From assembly GCF_022836845.1 (NCBI RefSeq), contig NZ_JAJNNZ010000002.1, positions 15,033 to 47,032 of the forward strand: a stretch of DNA of 32,000 bases, given 5' to 3'. This document shows positions 1 through 9,464 of this stretch, piece by piece; within the stretch, counting starts at the first letter, position 1, and each line of letters begins with the position of its first letter. This DNA comes from Vibrio gelatinilyticus. GTDB lineage: Bacteria; Pseudomonadota; Gammaproteobacteria; Enterobacterales; Vibrionaceae. The notes below the pieces were generated by a model, which was not told the origin of the DNA, did no database searches, and was given only the letters and a program-made list of their open reading frames with translations. The position numbers and the translations under genes were made by a program.

Positions 1-543
1 GATTGACTCTGGCGCAAACCAGGTCAGGATCACAACGCCAATATAGCCAGAAATAATTAACCGATGAATCGGCCAACCTTTTAAAATTCGTATTACTCCC
101 AGCACGATTGCAAGGCCAACAGAAAGAGCAACCGAGACCCTCAGGCCATCTGCGTAATCTTGCATTGCCTCCTCGGTCATCTCTATCATCCCCCCTTCTG
201 CAGCCACCTCTGCAGCCTCCGCCGAGACCGCGGTCAACGCCGGTTCAGCGATAGTGGTACCAAAACCGAGACAAAACGAAAATAACACCAACCAAAAAAC
301 GCTGCCTTTACGTGCAAATGCCTGAGCCATTGACTCGCCTATAGGAAACAACCCCATCTCAAGACCAAAGATAAAAAAAGTAAGTCCAAGTACGACCAAC
401 AGCAGCCCAAAAAGAATTGAAAACACATTGGGCAATGACTCTTGCAATACGAAAATTTGGAAAAATCCAATCACAAAAATAATTGGCATTAAATCGCGTA
501 AACTGTTCAGCATACATTGAAGCAATGCTTTAATGGATTTCAT
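1..543 (-). CDS. Multi-pass membrane protein, DUF1538-like; N-terminal 181 codons only (gene runs off the left window edge)
   Basis: Absent from the ORF track because it stays open to position 1. The minus strand has ATG at 543-541 with GGGAGG (rc of 554-559) upstream. It reads MKSIKALLQCMLNSLRDLMPIIFVIGFFQIFVLQ...GLTFFIFGLEMGLFPIGESMAQAF...GFGTTIAEPAL, giving several hydrophobic helices. The family name is recalled, not verified. Confidence 0.5.
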   Translation of the reverse strand, partial: MKSIKALLQCMLNSLRDLMPIIFVIGFFQIFVLQESLPNVFSILFGLLLVVLGLTFFIFGLEMGLFPIGESMAQAFARKGSVFWLVLFSFCLGFGTTIAEPALTAVSAEAAEVAAEGGMIEMTEEAMQDYADGLRVSVALSVGLAIVLGVIRILKGWPIHRLIISGYIGVVILTWFAPESI

Positions 544-816
544 TTTTTTCTTGCCTCCCTGTCTGCACTTATTGCCCAATTGTGTTGTGTATTTTACTAA
601 GATGATGGCAAAGAAGAATGTAAGAGTATGTGACAAAGACAACATACAGTTGGTTTCACATTAATCCTGTTAACAAAATGTGATATCGCGCTGTAATACA
701 ACATTCAGCCAAAACCATGAATTTGTTGCTATGATTAGTAATTAATGGAAATTTCTGTCATGACAAAAAACAGGTTTACATTTGTCAGACAGCATGGCTT
801 GTGATTGGAGATATTG

Positions 817-1731
817 ATGAAACTTCTGATAACTGGCGGGTCGGGGTTTATTGGTTGTGAATTACTCAAACATTTAACGACACACGATGTCGTCTTACTC
901 ACCAGAAACACCCATCAAGCCAAAACTACGCTGCAACATACTGACCTTGGAAATATCACTTATGTTAATAGCTTAGATGACTTTTCCGACCTCAACGACT
1001 TTGATGGCGTAATAAACCTTGCCGGCGAGCCAATTGCCAACAAAAGGTGGTCTAATGCGCAAAAAGACAAAATATGCCAAAGCCGCTGGAAAGTTACCGA
1101 ACAAATAGTCTCCTTAATCCACGCCAGTACTGAACCGCCGGGCATTTTTATCAGTGGCTCCGCCGTTGGTTACTATGGCGATCAGCTGGGCCATCCTTTT
1201 GATGAAAGCCTGCATGTCCATCAAGACGGCTTTTCACATGTCGTCTGTAAGAAGTGGGAAGAGATTGCAATGCGAGCCCAATCAGATTCAACACGAGTCT
1301 GCCTACTTCGTACTGGTGTAGTTTTAGGGCTGCACGGCGGTGCGCTCGCAAAAATGCTGCCGCCATATAAGCTTGGTTTAGGCGGCCCTATGGGCAGTGG
1401 TAAACAGTACTTTCCCTGGATTCATATTCTCGACATGGTTCGAGGGATTGTATTCCTTATCGAAACACCACATGCTCAAGGCCCCTATAATTTCTGTGCT
1501 CCCCACCCGGTACCCAACGCAATATTTAGTCGAACACTCGCAAGAGCACTTAAACGTCCACATATTCTTATGACACCAAAATGGGCTATAAAGATACTGA
1601 TGGGAGAATCCTCTTGCCTACTTCTTGATAGTGCTAGAGCCAAACCTAAAAAGCTGACGGAACTTGGCTTTAAGTTTTCCTTCTCACATCTAGATCCTGC
1701 GTTAAAAAACCTCTTCCACCTACCCCGTTAA
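817..1731 (+). CDS. yfcH: TIGR01777/YfcH-type epimerase-family (SDR39U1-like) protein
   Basis: The track ORF 805..1731 starts at TTG, while the ATG at 817 gives MKLLITGGSGFIG (Rossmann GxxGxxG). It matches E. coli YfcH, as I recall it, end to end: INLAGEPIANKRW, CQSRW, ISGSAVGYYGD, RVCLLRTGVVL, LGLGGPMGSGKQYFPWIHI.DMV. Confidence 0.88.
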   Translation: MKLLITGGSGFIGCELLKHLTTHDVVLLTRNTHQAKTTLQHTDLGNITYVNSLDDFSDLNDFDGVINLAGEPIANKRWSNAQKDKICQSRWKVTEQIVSLIHASTEPPGIFISGSAVGYYGDQLGHPFDESLHVHQDGFSHVVCKKWEEIAMRAQSDSTRVCLLRTGVVLGLHGGALAKMLPPYKLGLGGPMGSGKQYFPWIHILDMVRGIVFLIETPHAQGPYNFCAPHPVPNAIFSRTLARALKRPHILMTPKWAIKILMGESSCLLLDSARAKPKKLTELGFKFSFSHLDPALKNLFHLPR

Positions 1732-1795
1732 TCCCCCTCAACGGTTACTAACATTTCTGATTTAACAACGTGTTGCCTTTATCTGAGAAACACGT

Positions 1796-2656
1796 ATGTT
1801 AGGCGAAAACAGTATCGGAAAAAGAACCATGACAAAGGCCGTTTTAATTACAGGGTGTTCTACAGGTATAGGCTACGCCGCTGCGAAAGCACTGCATGAA
1901 CAAGGCTACTTCGTTATCGCCTCATGTCGAAAAAAAAGTGACGTTGAAAGGCTGAGACAAGAGGGCTTAACCTGTATTCAGCTCGACCTCAGTGATACGA
2001 AAAGCATCAAAAAAGGTGCCAAATTGGCATTAGCCCTCTGCCACGGAAGACTCTATGGGCTATTCAATAACGGTGCGTATGGACAACCCGGTGCGGTCGA
2101 AGATCTACCAACGGAAGCATTGCGTGCTCAGTTTGAGACCAATCTATTTGGTTGGCATGAATTGGTGCGTCAAATTTTACCGGTAATGAGGCACCATAAC
2201 GAAGGTCGAATCATCCAAAACAGTTCCGTGCTTGGTTTTGCTGCTATGCGTTATCGTGGTGCCTATAACGCGTCTAAATTCGCATTAGAAGGCCTAACAG
2301 ACACCCTGAGACTCGAACTGCACCAAACCGGCATTCATGTCTCATTGATTGAACCAGGACCAATAGATACCCAATTTCGTGCCAATGCAAAAGAGGCTTT
2401 CCTGAAGTGGATTGATATCCCTTCTAGCGTGCATCACAAAGAATACGATAAACAACTCAGCCGATTGGCTGCCAGTGATTCTAATAATCAGTTTGTGTTG
2501 CCCGCTAGTGCATGTATCACCCCACTGCTTCATGCCCTTGAATCGCCAAGACCAAAACTGCGCTACCGAGTCACGACTCCCACAAAAGTGTTCTGGGTAC
2601 TCAAAAGGTTGCTACCAAGCAAGTTGTTGGATTCCATTTTGCGAAAAGCCGCATAA
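1796..2656 (+). CDS. ybbO: Short-chain dehydrogenase/reductase, YbbO-like NADP-dependent aldehyde reductase
   Basis: Motifs TGCSTGIG, NNGAYG, YNASKFAL (YxxxK) and IEPGPI are present. It resembles E. coli YbbO over its full length as recalled, and it lies next to ybbN as in E. coli. An alternative start is the ATG at 1829 (MTKAVLITG). Confidence 0.8.
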   Translation: MLGENSIGKRTMTKAVLITGCSTGIGYAAAKALHEQGYFVIASCRKKSDVERLRQEGLTCIQLDLSDTKSIKKGAKLALALCHGRLYGLFNNGAYGQPGAVEDLPTEALRAQFETNLFGWHELVRQILPVMRHHNEGRIIQNSSVLGFAAMRYRGAYNASKFALEGLTDTLRLELHQTGIHVSLIEPGPIDTQFRANAKEAFLKWIDIPSSVHHKEYDKQLSRLAASDSNNQFVLPASACITPLLHALESPRPKLRYRVTTPTKVFWVLKRLLPSKLLDSILRKAA

Positions 2657-2850
2657 AAATAAATGGTTGTAATTTAACCGTAACATTAGCTTGATACATT
2701 GCTCACCGTAATCTTGAATTCCTATTCTTATCTAAGGTAGTTTGGTAGCAGCAATGACATTAAACCAATTGAACTGGTTAGCCGTAGGTGTAACGCTAAC
2801 GTATTTTTTCTTGTTCTAATCACCTTTGCCACTCAATTTCGAATCTTTAT

Positions 2851-2876
2851 ATAGCGCCGCGATCTCGCGGCGCTAT
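2851..2876. repeat. Perfect 12-bp-arm palindrome ATAGCGCCGCGA-TC-TCGCGGCGCTAT in the ybbO-cnoX intergenic region
   Basis: Read directly from the sequence. The stem is GC-rich and no clear T-run follows on either strand. It could be a REP-like element, a terminator-like hairpin or a protein binding site. Confidence 0.6.
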
Positions 2877-2973
2877 CGCATTCTAATTAACGGCATTAGA
2901 GCTTGATATTCCCGTGTTTCTCCCCAATGTTATTAGTTGACTGCATACTGAATGACACTATTAAGGAACACTC

Positions 2974-3828
2974 ATGCAACAAATGCCGATTGTAGATCTG
3001 AATGAACAGAACTTTCGTGAAGTCTTAGAAGGCTCAATGCAAACGCCTGTATTGATTCATTTTTGGGCCCCAATGAGCGAAGAAAGTAGTCAGATTATCC
3101 CTTCATTGAAGTCATTGGCGCAGCAATACGCAGGCGCCTTTACACTAGCGCTTCTTAATTGCGAAGAGCAACAGGCTATCGCTGGACAATTTGGCGTTCA
3201 GGCTCTGCCGACCATCGCACTATTTGTTAACGGTCAACCCGTTGATGGACTAGGTGGTCCTCAAGCGATAGATACCATCAAAGAAATGCTGCTTAAACAC
3301 CTGCCAAGTGAAGATGAATTGCTCGCTAGACAAGCACTAGAGCTTAGTCAAGCGGGTGAAGCTGAACAGGCTCTAAGCCTTTTTGCCAATCTATCTGATG
3401 ATTTCAGAAATAAAGGTGAAATCAAATTGGCTATGGCAAGCTGCCTGCTTAATACGCAGCAATATAGCGATGCTGAAGCACTCTTATCTGCGATCCCGCT
3501 TGAATACAAAGACAGCCTGTATAAAGAGTTGGTGGCCAAATTGGAACTTCACAACCAAGCCGCTAATAGTCCTGAGCTACAAGCACTTGAAAAAGCACTC
3601 GCGCAGCAGCCTGATGACATGAAACTGGCTCAAGAGCTTGCTTTGCAATATCATCAAGCCAACCGCAGTGAAGACGCACTAGAAATCCTTTGGCAACCGC
3701 TATCTAAAGATCTCAACGCACTAGATGGTGAGCTCAAGAAGTCTTTTATGGATATCTTAGCGGCACTCGGTCAAGGAAACGCAGCAGCGGCTAAATATCG
3801 CCGTCAGCTGTATTCACTGCTTTACTAA
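2974..3828 (+). CDS. cnoX: Thioredoxin-fold/TPR co-chaperone (chaperedoxin) CnoX/YbbN
   Basis: The N-terminal thioredoxin-like domain lacks CxxC (LIHFWAPMSEES) and the C-terminal half is helical and TPR-like. It ends KYRRQLYSLLY, as E. coli YbbN does. An RBS AAGGAA lies upstream of the ATG. Confidence 0.9.
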   Translation: MQQMPIVDLNEQNFREVLEGSMQTPVLIHFWAPMSEESSQIIPSLKSLAQQYAGAFTLALLNCEEQQAIAGQFGVQALPTIALFVNGQPVDGLGGPQAIDTIKEMLLKHLPSEDELLARQALELSQAGEAEQALSLFANLSDDFRNKGEIKLAMASCLLNTQQYSDAEALLSAIPLEYKDSLYKELVAKLELHNQAANSPELQALEKALAQQPDDMKLAQELALQYHQANRSEDALEILWQPLSKDLNALDGELKKSFMDILAALGQGNAAAAKYRRQLYSLLY

Positions 3829-3847
3829 CCGTCATTACAGTACATTA

Positions 3848-3870
3848 GGGAGCGCGACGCTCCCTTTTTA
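3848..3870 (+). terminator. Rho-independent terminator after cnoX
   Basis: GGGAGCG-CGA-CGCTCCC hairpin followed by TTTTT. Confidence 0.8.
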
Positions 3871-4037
3871 ATTTATTGATATATAAGGCAATAAACTGAT
3901 ACCCACTGCCCTTCGCATTTCACTGTCAATCATTTGCTTCTGCTGTCATTGTGATCAAGAATGAATTCTAATCATTAAAAAGCGTACATTTAACATCCCG
4001 TTTCTATTAGATTTTTGATTAAAACAAGGAAAAGCAT

Positions 4038-4964
4038 ATGGCTATTGATGCAATGATCACCATTGGCGGATTCATTTTGGTGGCAATCGTATTTATTATT
4101 GCGGGTATCAAAACCGTACCACAAGGTAATAACTGGACGGTAGAACGATTTGGTCGCTACACTCATACGCTACAACCTGGACTTAACCTTATCATTCCTT
4201 TTGTGGACTCCATTGGTAACAAGATCAACATGATGGAAAGAGTCCTAGATATCCCTCCACAAGAGGTAATCAGTAAAGATAACGCCAATGTCGTCATCGA
4301 TGCCGTCTGTTTTGTTCAAGTGATCGATGCCCCTAAAGCGGCTTATGAAGTCAACGATTTAGAACATGCTATTCGCAATTTAACATTGACCAATATGCGT
4401 ACAGTATTAGGCTCTATGGAGCTTGATGAAATGTTAAGTCAACGTGATTCCATTAATACAAAACTGCTCTCTATCGTGGATGAGGCAACCAACCCTTGGG
4501 GAATAAAAGTCACTAGGATTGAAATTAAAGACGTTCAGCCACCAGCAGATTTGACCGCTGCGATGAACGCTCAAATGAAAGCCGAACGTAACAAACGTGC
4601 CGACATTCTTGAGGCTGAAGGGGTAAGACAAGCAGAAATCCTCAAAGCCGAAGGCCACAAACAATCTGAGATTTTAAAAGCAGAAGGTCAAAAACAAGCA
4701 GCAATCCTTCAAGCAGAAGCGCGCGAACGCGCAGCCGAAGCGGAAGCTAAAGCAACAGAAATGGTATCAACCGCGATAGCGCAAGGTGACATGCAAGCTG
4801 TTAACTACTTCATTGCGCAAGGCTATACCGATGCCATTAAGTCAATCGGCCAAGCTGAAAACGGTAAGATTATTATGCTGCCACTTGAGGCCACCGGTTT
4901 GATGGGCTCAGTTGCGGGCATTGCAGAAATGTTTAACCAATCAAAAGGCGAACAAAAGGGTTAG
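4038..4964 (+). CDS. qmcA: SPFH/band-7 (stomatin-like) membrane protein QmcA/YbbK
   Basis: An N-terminal TM helix is followed by [57 protein letters not shown] and [14 protein letters not shown]. This is near-collinear with E. coli QmcA as recalled. Confidence 0.9.
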   Translation: MAIDAMITIGGFILVAIVFIIAGIKTVPQGNNWTVERFGRYTHTLQPGLNLIIPFVDSIGNKINMMERVLDIPPQEVISKDNANVVIDAVCFVQVIDAPKAAYEVNDLEHAIRNLTLTNMRTVLGSMELDEMLSQRDSINTKLLSIVDEATNPWGIKVTRIEIKDVQPPADLTAAMNAQMKAERNKRADILEAEGVRQAEILKAEGHKQSEILKAEGQKQAAILQAEARERAAEAEAKATEMVSTAIAQGDMQAVNYFIAQGYTDAIKSIGQAENGKIIMLPLEATGLMGSVAGIAEMFNQSKGEQKG

Positions 4965-4966
4965 CC

Positions 4967-5416
4967 ATGATAGAACTGTTGTCACAAGTTAACTACTGGC
5001 ACTGGCTGGCGTTGGGCCTATTGCTGCTTTGTGGGGAACTACTCGGAACCGCGGGTTATATGTTATGGCTTGGTATATCGGCCATGTTGGTCGGTATCGT
5101 CATGACCTTTATACCAATGAGCTGGCAATTACAGTGGGTCTCATTTGGGGTATTTGCTTTAGCGCTAACTTGGTTATGGTGGCGTAAGCAACTGAAACAA
5201 GACGCCAGCTCAGATCAACGACGCGATCTCAACCAAAAACAGAAACAACTCATTGGGCAAACGACAAGACTTGAGTACGATATTTTAAGGGGACGATGTC
5301 GCATTAAACTGGGGGATACGACCTGGGCAGCACAGTCTGACCAAGATCTCCCGGCGGGAACCTTAGTGAAAGTCATAGACGTCGATGGAATCACCTTATT
5401 TATCGACAAAGCGTAG
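4967..5416 (+). CDS. ybbJ: NfeD-family membrane protein YbbJ (partner of QmcA)
   Basis: It starts 3 nt after the qmcA stop. It has three hydrophobic helices and then a C-terminal OB-like soluble domain (GRCRIKLGDTTWAAQSD...GTLVKVIDVDGITLFI). Confidence 0.82.
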   Translation: MIELLSQVNYWHWLALGLLLLCGELLGTAGYMLWLGISAMLVGIVMTFIPMSWQLQWVSFGVFALALTWLWWRKQLKQDASSDQRRDLNQKQKQLIGQTTRLEYDILRGRCRIKLGDTTWAAQSDQDLPAGTLVKVIDVDGITLFIDKA

Positions 5417-5421
5417 CAAAA

Positions 5422-5447
5422 AGCGCCCGTAAAAGGGCGCTTTTTTA
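5422..5447 (+). terminator. Rho-independent terminator after ybbJ
   Basis: AGCGCCC-GTAAAA-GGGCGCT hairpin followed by TTTTT. Confidence 0.8.
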
Positions 5448-5500
5448 TTATCGAAATCCCAACCGTCTTTTCAATATGATGAAAACAGATACTAGATACG

Positions 5501-5531
5501 AAAAAGGCGCCAGCAATAAATTGCTAGCGCC
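5501..5531 (-). terminator. Orphaned original terminator of tRNA-Arg, now next to the displaced tRNA 3' fragment
   Basis: The minus strand reads GGCGCTAGCAA-TTTA-TTGCTGGCGCC followed by TTTTT. The single non-Watson-Crick position is a G-U wobble only on the minus-strand RNA. The hairpin lies immediately 3' of the tRNA-end repeat. Confidence 0.7.
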
Positions 5532-5534
5532 TCG

Positions 5535-5560
5535 AATAAATGGCACGCCCTGTAGGATTC
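5535..5560. repeat. Island left attachment repeat: 26-bp copy of the tRNA-Arg 3' end plus 6 downstream nt
   Basis: AATAAATGGCACGCCCTGTAGGATTC at 5535-5560 is identical to 27941-27966. The right-hand copy forms the 3' end of the intact tRNA. Confidence 0.9.
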
Positions 5561-5694
5561 AATCCAGGAATTTAACCAATTTAAAGAGGGCTTAATTTAG
5601 GTGTTTTATCCTTAATTGTCAATGCATTATACTCCATATTTATAAATTGCCGATTTAACCAAAATTGCCTAAAATAACCCTAATTTAACCCCTT

Positions 5695-5719
5695 CGGCAC
5701 CACCACGGCACCACAGAAA
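5695..5719. promoter_or_regulatory. 25-bp repeat CGGCACCACCACGGCACCACAGAAA (two GGCACCAC units, 11-bp period); candidate arm-type integrase binding site, left copy
   Basis: Identical to 27873-27897. It lies 17 nt upstream of the int ATG. In the excised circle the two copies would flank the 26-bp core. Confidence 0.5.
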
Positions 5720-5735
5720 AGTAGGTTAAGGCACT

Positions 5736-7031
5736 ATGAAATATGGAATTAACTTTACCAAACGCTCGCTGGAGCAACTTGAACCTTCGGAAAAACGGAA
5801 AAGATATAGTGATTTCGGAGGAATAAGTAGTGTTCGTGGTCTGGGAATCGATATCTCCCCTTCTGGCGATAAAACATTCCGTTATGTTCAAAAAGTCAAT
5901 GGTCGAAACGTCAAGGTAACCATTGGCAAATTCCCTGAGATCACCGTAGAAGTGGCCCGTCATCAAGCCAAGGAAATCGCTCAACAGATCGCATGTGGTA
6001 TTAACCCTAACGTAGAAAAACGCAACAGACGCAATGCAGATACCTTCAATGACCTCTTTGCGGTATACGAAGAAATGTTTAAGCTCGATATCAAAGCAGG
6101 TAAACGGCGTGAACGCAGCTTAAAGGGCAACCAAACGCTCTATAATCTTCACCTGAAACCTGCTATCGGTCATCTTTCTACCGAGGAATATACCAAAAGC
6201 GACGCCAAGCAATTACTAAACCGTATCCTATCTCAAAAAGGTTATAGCTTACACAATCACGCACTCACCCTATTGAAGTCGATGTATAACCGTGCGGACA
6301 TAGATTCTAACCCCTTTAGTACGTTAAAAAAAGTTGATGAGTCTTATCACCGACGAGAGCGAACACTCTCCCCTGATGAGCTGCAACGCTTTTTCGAGTC
6401 TATCGACCAAGAGGAAGACATCTATCGAGATTGCATCTTGCTGTTACTGCTAACTGGTCAACGAAAAGCAACGGTACTGTCCATGGAGTGGCGGGAGATA
6501 AATCGAGCTAATCAAACCTGGACTATTCCAACCTCAAAGTTTAAGAGTAAAAAACCCCATGTCGTCCCATTGTCGGGTGAGGCGATGGCAATTCTTGAAA
6601 AGCGATCTAAGCAAGCCGCTTCAGGCGAGGAATTTGTTTTCCCAAGCAAGCGCAGTCAGTCTGGTCACATCACCGACAAGAGTGGCAAAGGCGGCTTCTG
6701 GAGGCGGGTCACAGAACGAGCTGAGTTATATAGCACCGATTCGTCCAAAAACCTTCAGGTACACGATTTAAGGCGCACACTGGCAACTTACCAAGTTACT
6801 TCTGGTGGCTCACTGCAAGCCACCAGCAAGCTGCTAGGGCACTCAAGCGTGAGCATCACCGCGGATGTTTATGCCCACTTGTCGGTTGATAATGTTCGAC
6901 AAGAGCTGGAAAGCACCACCAAGTTTATGCTGGGGCGCAGCACGCCAAGTCCGCTAGAACAAATCAAAGCACAGATACTCAGCTTGTCAGATGAAGACAA
7001 GGAAGAGCTTAGAACGTTTTTATGCGGCTAA
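5736..7031 (+). CDS. int: Tyrosine recombinase, P4-type integrase (N-terminal DUF4102/arm-binding domain plus catalytic domain)
   Basis: The N-terminus reads GLGIDISPSGDKTFRYVQKVNGRNVKVTIGKFPEITVEVARHQA. The catalytic residues sit in LLLTGQRKATV (R), HDLRRTLAT (HxxR) and LLGHSSVSITADVYAHL (H, Y). Confidence 0.92.
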   Translation: MKYGINFTKRSLEQLEPSEKRKRYSDFGGISSVRGLGIDISPSGDKTFRYVQKVNGRNVKVTIGKFPEITVEVARHQAKEIAQQIACGINPNVEKRNRRNADTFNDLFAVYEEMFKLDIKAGKRRERSLKGNQTLYNLHLKPAIGHLSTEEYTKSDAKQLLNRILSQKGYSLHNHALTLLKSMYNRADIDSNPFSTLKKVDESYHRRERTLSPDELQRFFESIDQEEDIYRDCILLLLLTGQRKATVLSMEWREINRANQTWTIPTSKFKSKKPHVVPLSGEAMAILEKRSKQAASGEEFVFPSKRSQSGHITDKSGKGGFWRRVTERAELYSTDSSKNLQVHDLRRTLATYQVTSGGSLQATSKLLGHSSVSITADVYAHLSVDNVRQELESTTKFMLGRSTPSPLEQIKAQILSLSDEDKEELRTFLCG

Positions 7032-7166
7032 ATTTTCAAGGCTGGCAACGTGTTACATACCCCATGTCATTACATACCCCAACCAGCACGGATCTGGACA
7101 ACTATTAGTTAGGGTAAAAATCTTAGCGCTTTAAGTCTGACCTTAGAAAATAGAATACCTACCAAC

Positions 7167-7880
7167 TCACAGTACATAATTACTCATATCAATTGATACT
7201 AAGATAGCAGTAAAGTTATCACGGGCCTCAGTAGCTAAAACTGCAGCTTTTAATGACTCGGCTTGCTCTGTTGTGGAAGGTTGCTCAAGAGCTTGAGCAA
7301 TTTGCCTGTCACTGAGCATATCACTCACCCCATCAGTGCACAGCAGCAATACCCCAGAGTGAAATGGATAAAATGTCGCACTGCTTGGCTTTAATGGTTT
7401 TTTCATTCCTAAGCCTTGGGTAATTAAGTTGCGTTGGGGGTGGGTCGATGCTTCCTCTTCGGTCAAGATGCCTCTGTGGATTAAATCTTGTACAAAAGAA
7501 TGATCGTCACTTAAACGTATCAGCTTTCCATCGGCGAACCAATACAGGCGTGAGTCTCCCACCCAAGTGAACTCAACTGCGTTACCCACCACTTGCACGG
7601 CCAGTATGGTACTGCCCATACCTTCGCATTCTGGGTTTGCATTGGCATGATTCAAAATAGCTTGATGGCAATAGTGCGCTCTTTGTTCAATCGGTTGATG
7701 TTCAAGTAAGGCTTGTTGGTAGTTTTTTACCGCTATATCACTCGCTACCTCTCCACTGTTATGGCCACCCATACCATCTGCTATGACATAACTTTGGTTC
7801 ACCTCATCAAGCAAGTAAGCATCTTCATTGTGTTGATATACATGCCCAACGTCTGAAAAAGCAACAACATCAACCAGCAT
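7167..7880 (-). CDS. PP2C-family Ser/Thr protein phosphatase
   Basis: Motifs ADGMGGHNSGEVAS, GSTILAV, VGDSRLY, LLLCTDGVSD and DNFTAIL. The start codon overlaps the Hsp70-like stop by 1 nt (TAATG). Confidence 0.9.
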   Translation of the reverse strand: MLVDVVAFSDVGHVYQHNEDAYLLDEVNQSYVIADGMGGHNSGEVASDIAVKNYQQALLEHQPIEQRAHYCHQAILNHANANPECEGMGSTILAVQVVGNAVEFTWVGDSRLYWFADGKLIRLSDDHSFVQDLIHRGILTEEEASTHPQRNLITQGLGMKKPLKPSSATFYPFHSGVLLLCTDGVSDMLSDRQIAQALEQPSTTEQAESLKAAVLATEARDNFTAILVSIDMSNYVL

Positions 7881-9385
7881 TAAACATTGACCTCAATTTG
7901 CTCCAACCATTGTTGTTCTTGCAGCAGTTGCGCATTGAGAGCCAAAGATTCTTCCCCTAATACATGCTCTATGACTTTTTGGGTAGCTGGGTCTTTGGCA
8001 CTAATGGTTACCAAACCTTCTAAGTCATAACCCAGCGTTACTTCTATGCCATGATGTTTCTTCGGATTTTCAATTAAAAAACTGCTCACACCTAAGCTAA
8101 TCGGCTCTTCATCATCGCGTTGTTGTACTACCTCTAACACCATGCGAGTTTGATCATCACGATTGGTATAGAAAGTATGGCTCGCCAAAGCAGGCACTGG
8201 GCTGTTTTGAGCGATGAGAACTTTGACTTTAGGTTTACCATCACTACCAATCGCACGGAAACCAAGGTTGTATGAACATACACCTTGCAACGTTTTACTT
8301 TTCGTTGGTGACGTTACAAACATTTGCTCAGCCAGCAAGGCCGCGCCATAGGCCACCGCTTGGTGGGGTTGGCGACACACTAAGTCATTTGGCGAGCGCC
8401 CAGCGGCTTTTGCCACTTTATCCTTTACCAAAGGCAACAGCGATGACCCGCCCGTTAATAGCAAGGTATCAATAAATGACCAATCCATCCCCGCAGCTTG
8501 CAAGCAGTGCTCGCACACTTGCAATGTTTGTTCGACAAACTCTTCGAGCAGTTGATTAAACTTATCTTGAGTAAGGATGAAGTCTAGAGTTTGCCCAGCG
8601 ATGACCAAGGTTTTTGATAGATGGCTTTTACCTGGTTTTGAAAGTTTTACTTTGACCTCTTGAGCGTAACGGCGCAGCTTGGTTTGATTGGCAGCGTCCA
8701 ATTTACATTGACCATAACGACGCTCAAACTCATCCATGACATAAGCAATGATGATATCGTCGATATGCTTGCCACCGTGGGTATTGCTGCCTTGTGTGGC
8801 TAGCGCATATAAACCTTGCTCTCCGACTTGCAAAACCGTGGCATCAAAAGTGCCTCCGCCTAAATCGTAAACAAAATAGGTGTTATCACCTTGCTGCTGA
8901 TAGCCATAAAAGGTAGCTGCGGCCACGGGCTCTTCCACTAACTTAACGTGCTTTAATCCGGCCAACTTAGCGGCCTCTTTGGTGGCTTTTCTTTGACCAT
9001 CCGTAAAGTTGGCGGGTACGGCAATCAACGCACCTTCAATCAACTCAGGGGTTGCCGCTTGCACGTCTTTTAAAAGTTTCTTGAGCACCAGCGCCGATAG
9101 CCCCTGCGGCGACCAATCACGCCCTAACTCGTCGTGATAAACAACTTGAGATTGCCCTAATGCCAGCTTAAAAAAGCGTGCTTGGGTAAGCTCTGGCTCA
9201 TCATCGAGTAACTCTTCAAGCGCGCTGCCTACCAGCACTCCGTTTTCACTTATGTATACACATGATGGCGTACGATATTCATCCACTTCGTGACAGTCAT
9301 GAAAAAGAGCGGGTATACCCTGTGGGTTCAAATACGATACCAGCGAAAAGGTGGTACCTAAATCTATACCTATGTACATCATCAT
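7880..9385 (-). CDS. Hsp70-family ATPase (DnaK/HscC-like) with nucleotide-binding domain and beta substrate-binding domain but no helical lid
   Basis: Motifs GIDLGTTFS (phosphate 1), YDLGGGTFD (phosphate 2) and LLLTGGSSLLP (adenosine). The C-terminal part resembles SBD-beta (YNLGFRAIG...VLIAQNSPVP...FYT..DDQTRMVLEVVQ...IEVTLGYDLEGLVTISAKD). At 501 aa it is too short to include a lid. Confidence 0.88.
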   Translation of the reverse strand: MMMYIGIDLGTTFSLVSYLNPQGIPALFHDCHEVDEYRTPSCVYISENGVLVGSALEELLDDEPELTQARFFKLALGQSQVVYHDELGRDWSPQGLSALVLKKLLKDVQAATPELIEGALIAVPANFTDGQRKATKEAAKLAGLKHVKLVEEPVAAATFYGYQQQGDNTYFVYDLGGGTFDATVLQVGEQGLYALATQGSNTHGGKHIDDIIIAYVMDEFERRYGQCKLDAANQTKLRRYAQEVKVKLSKPGKSHLSKTLVIAGQTLDFILTQDKFNQLLEEFVEQTLQVCEHCLQAAGMDWSFIDTLLLTGGSSLLPLVKDKVAKAAGRSPNDLVCRQPHQAVAYGAALLAEQMFVTSPTKSKTLQGVCSYNLGFRAIGSDGKPKVKVLIAQNSPVPALASHTFYTNRDDQTRMVLEVVQQRDDEEPISLGVSSFLIENPKKHHGIEVTLGYDLEGLVTISAKDPATQKVIEHVLGEESLALNAQLLQEQQWLEQIEVNV

Positions 9386-9464
9386 CCTTTTATCTCTTGT
9401 CTAAAGAGAGATGTATTGAAATCTAAATTGAAGCGCAACAAAGGTGTCAGCCCGGAATTATTGA

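Noticed and set aside
960-1563. Antisense ORFs inside yfcH, and similar 60-110-aa antisense or alternative-frame ORFs inside nearly every long gene in the track
   Set aside because: Each lies entirely within a longer ORF that has clear family motifs. None has an independent RBS or recognisable motifs.
7053-7081. Direct repeat TTACATACCCCA in 2 copies (17-bp period) just after the int stop codon
   Set aside because: The repeat is real but short. There are no further copies elsewhere in the island ends and no obvious function, so it may be chance or a minor protein binding site.
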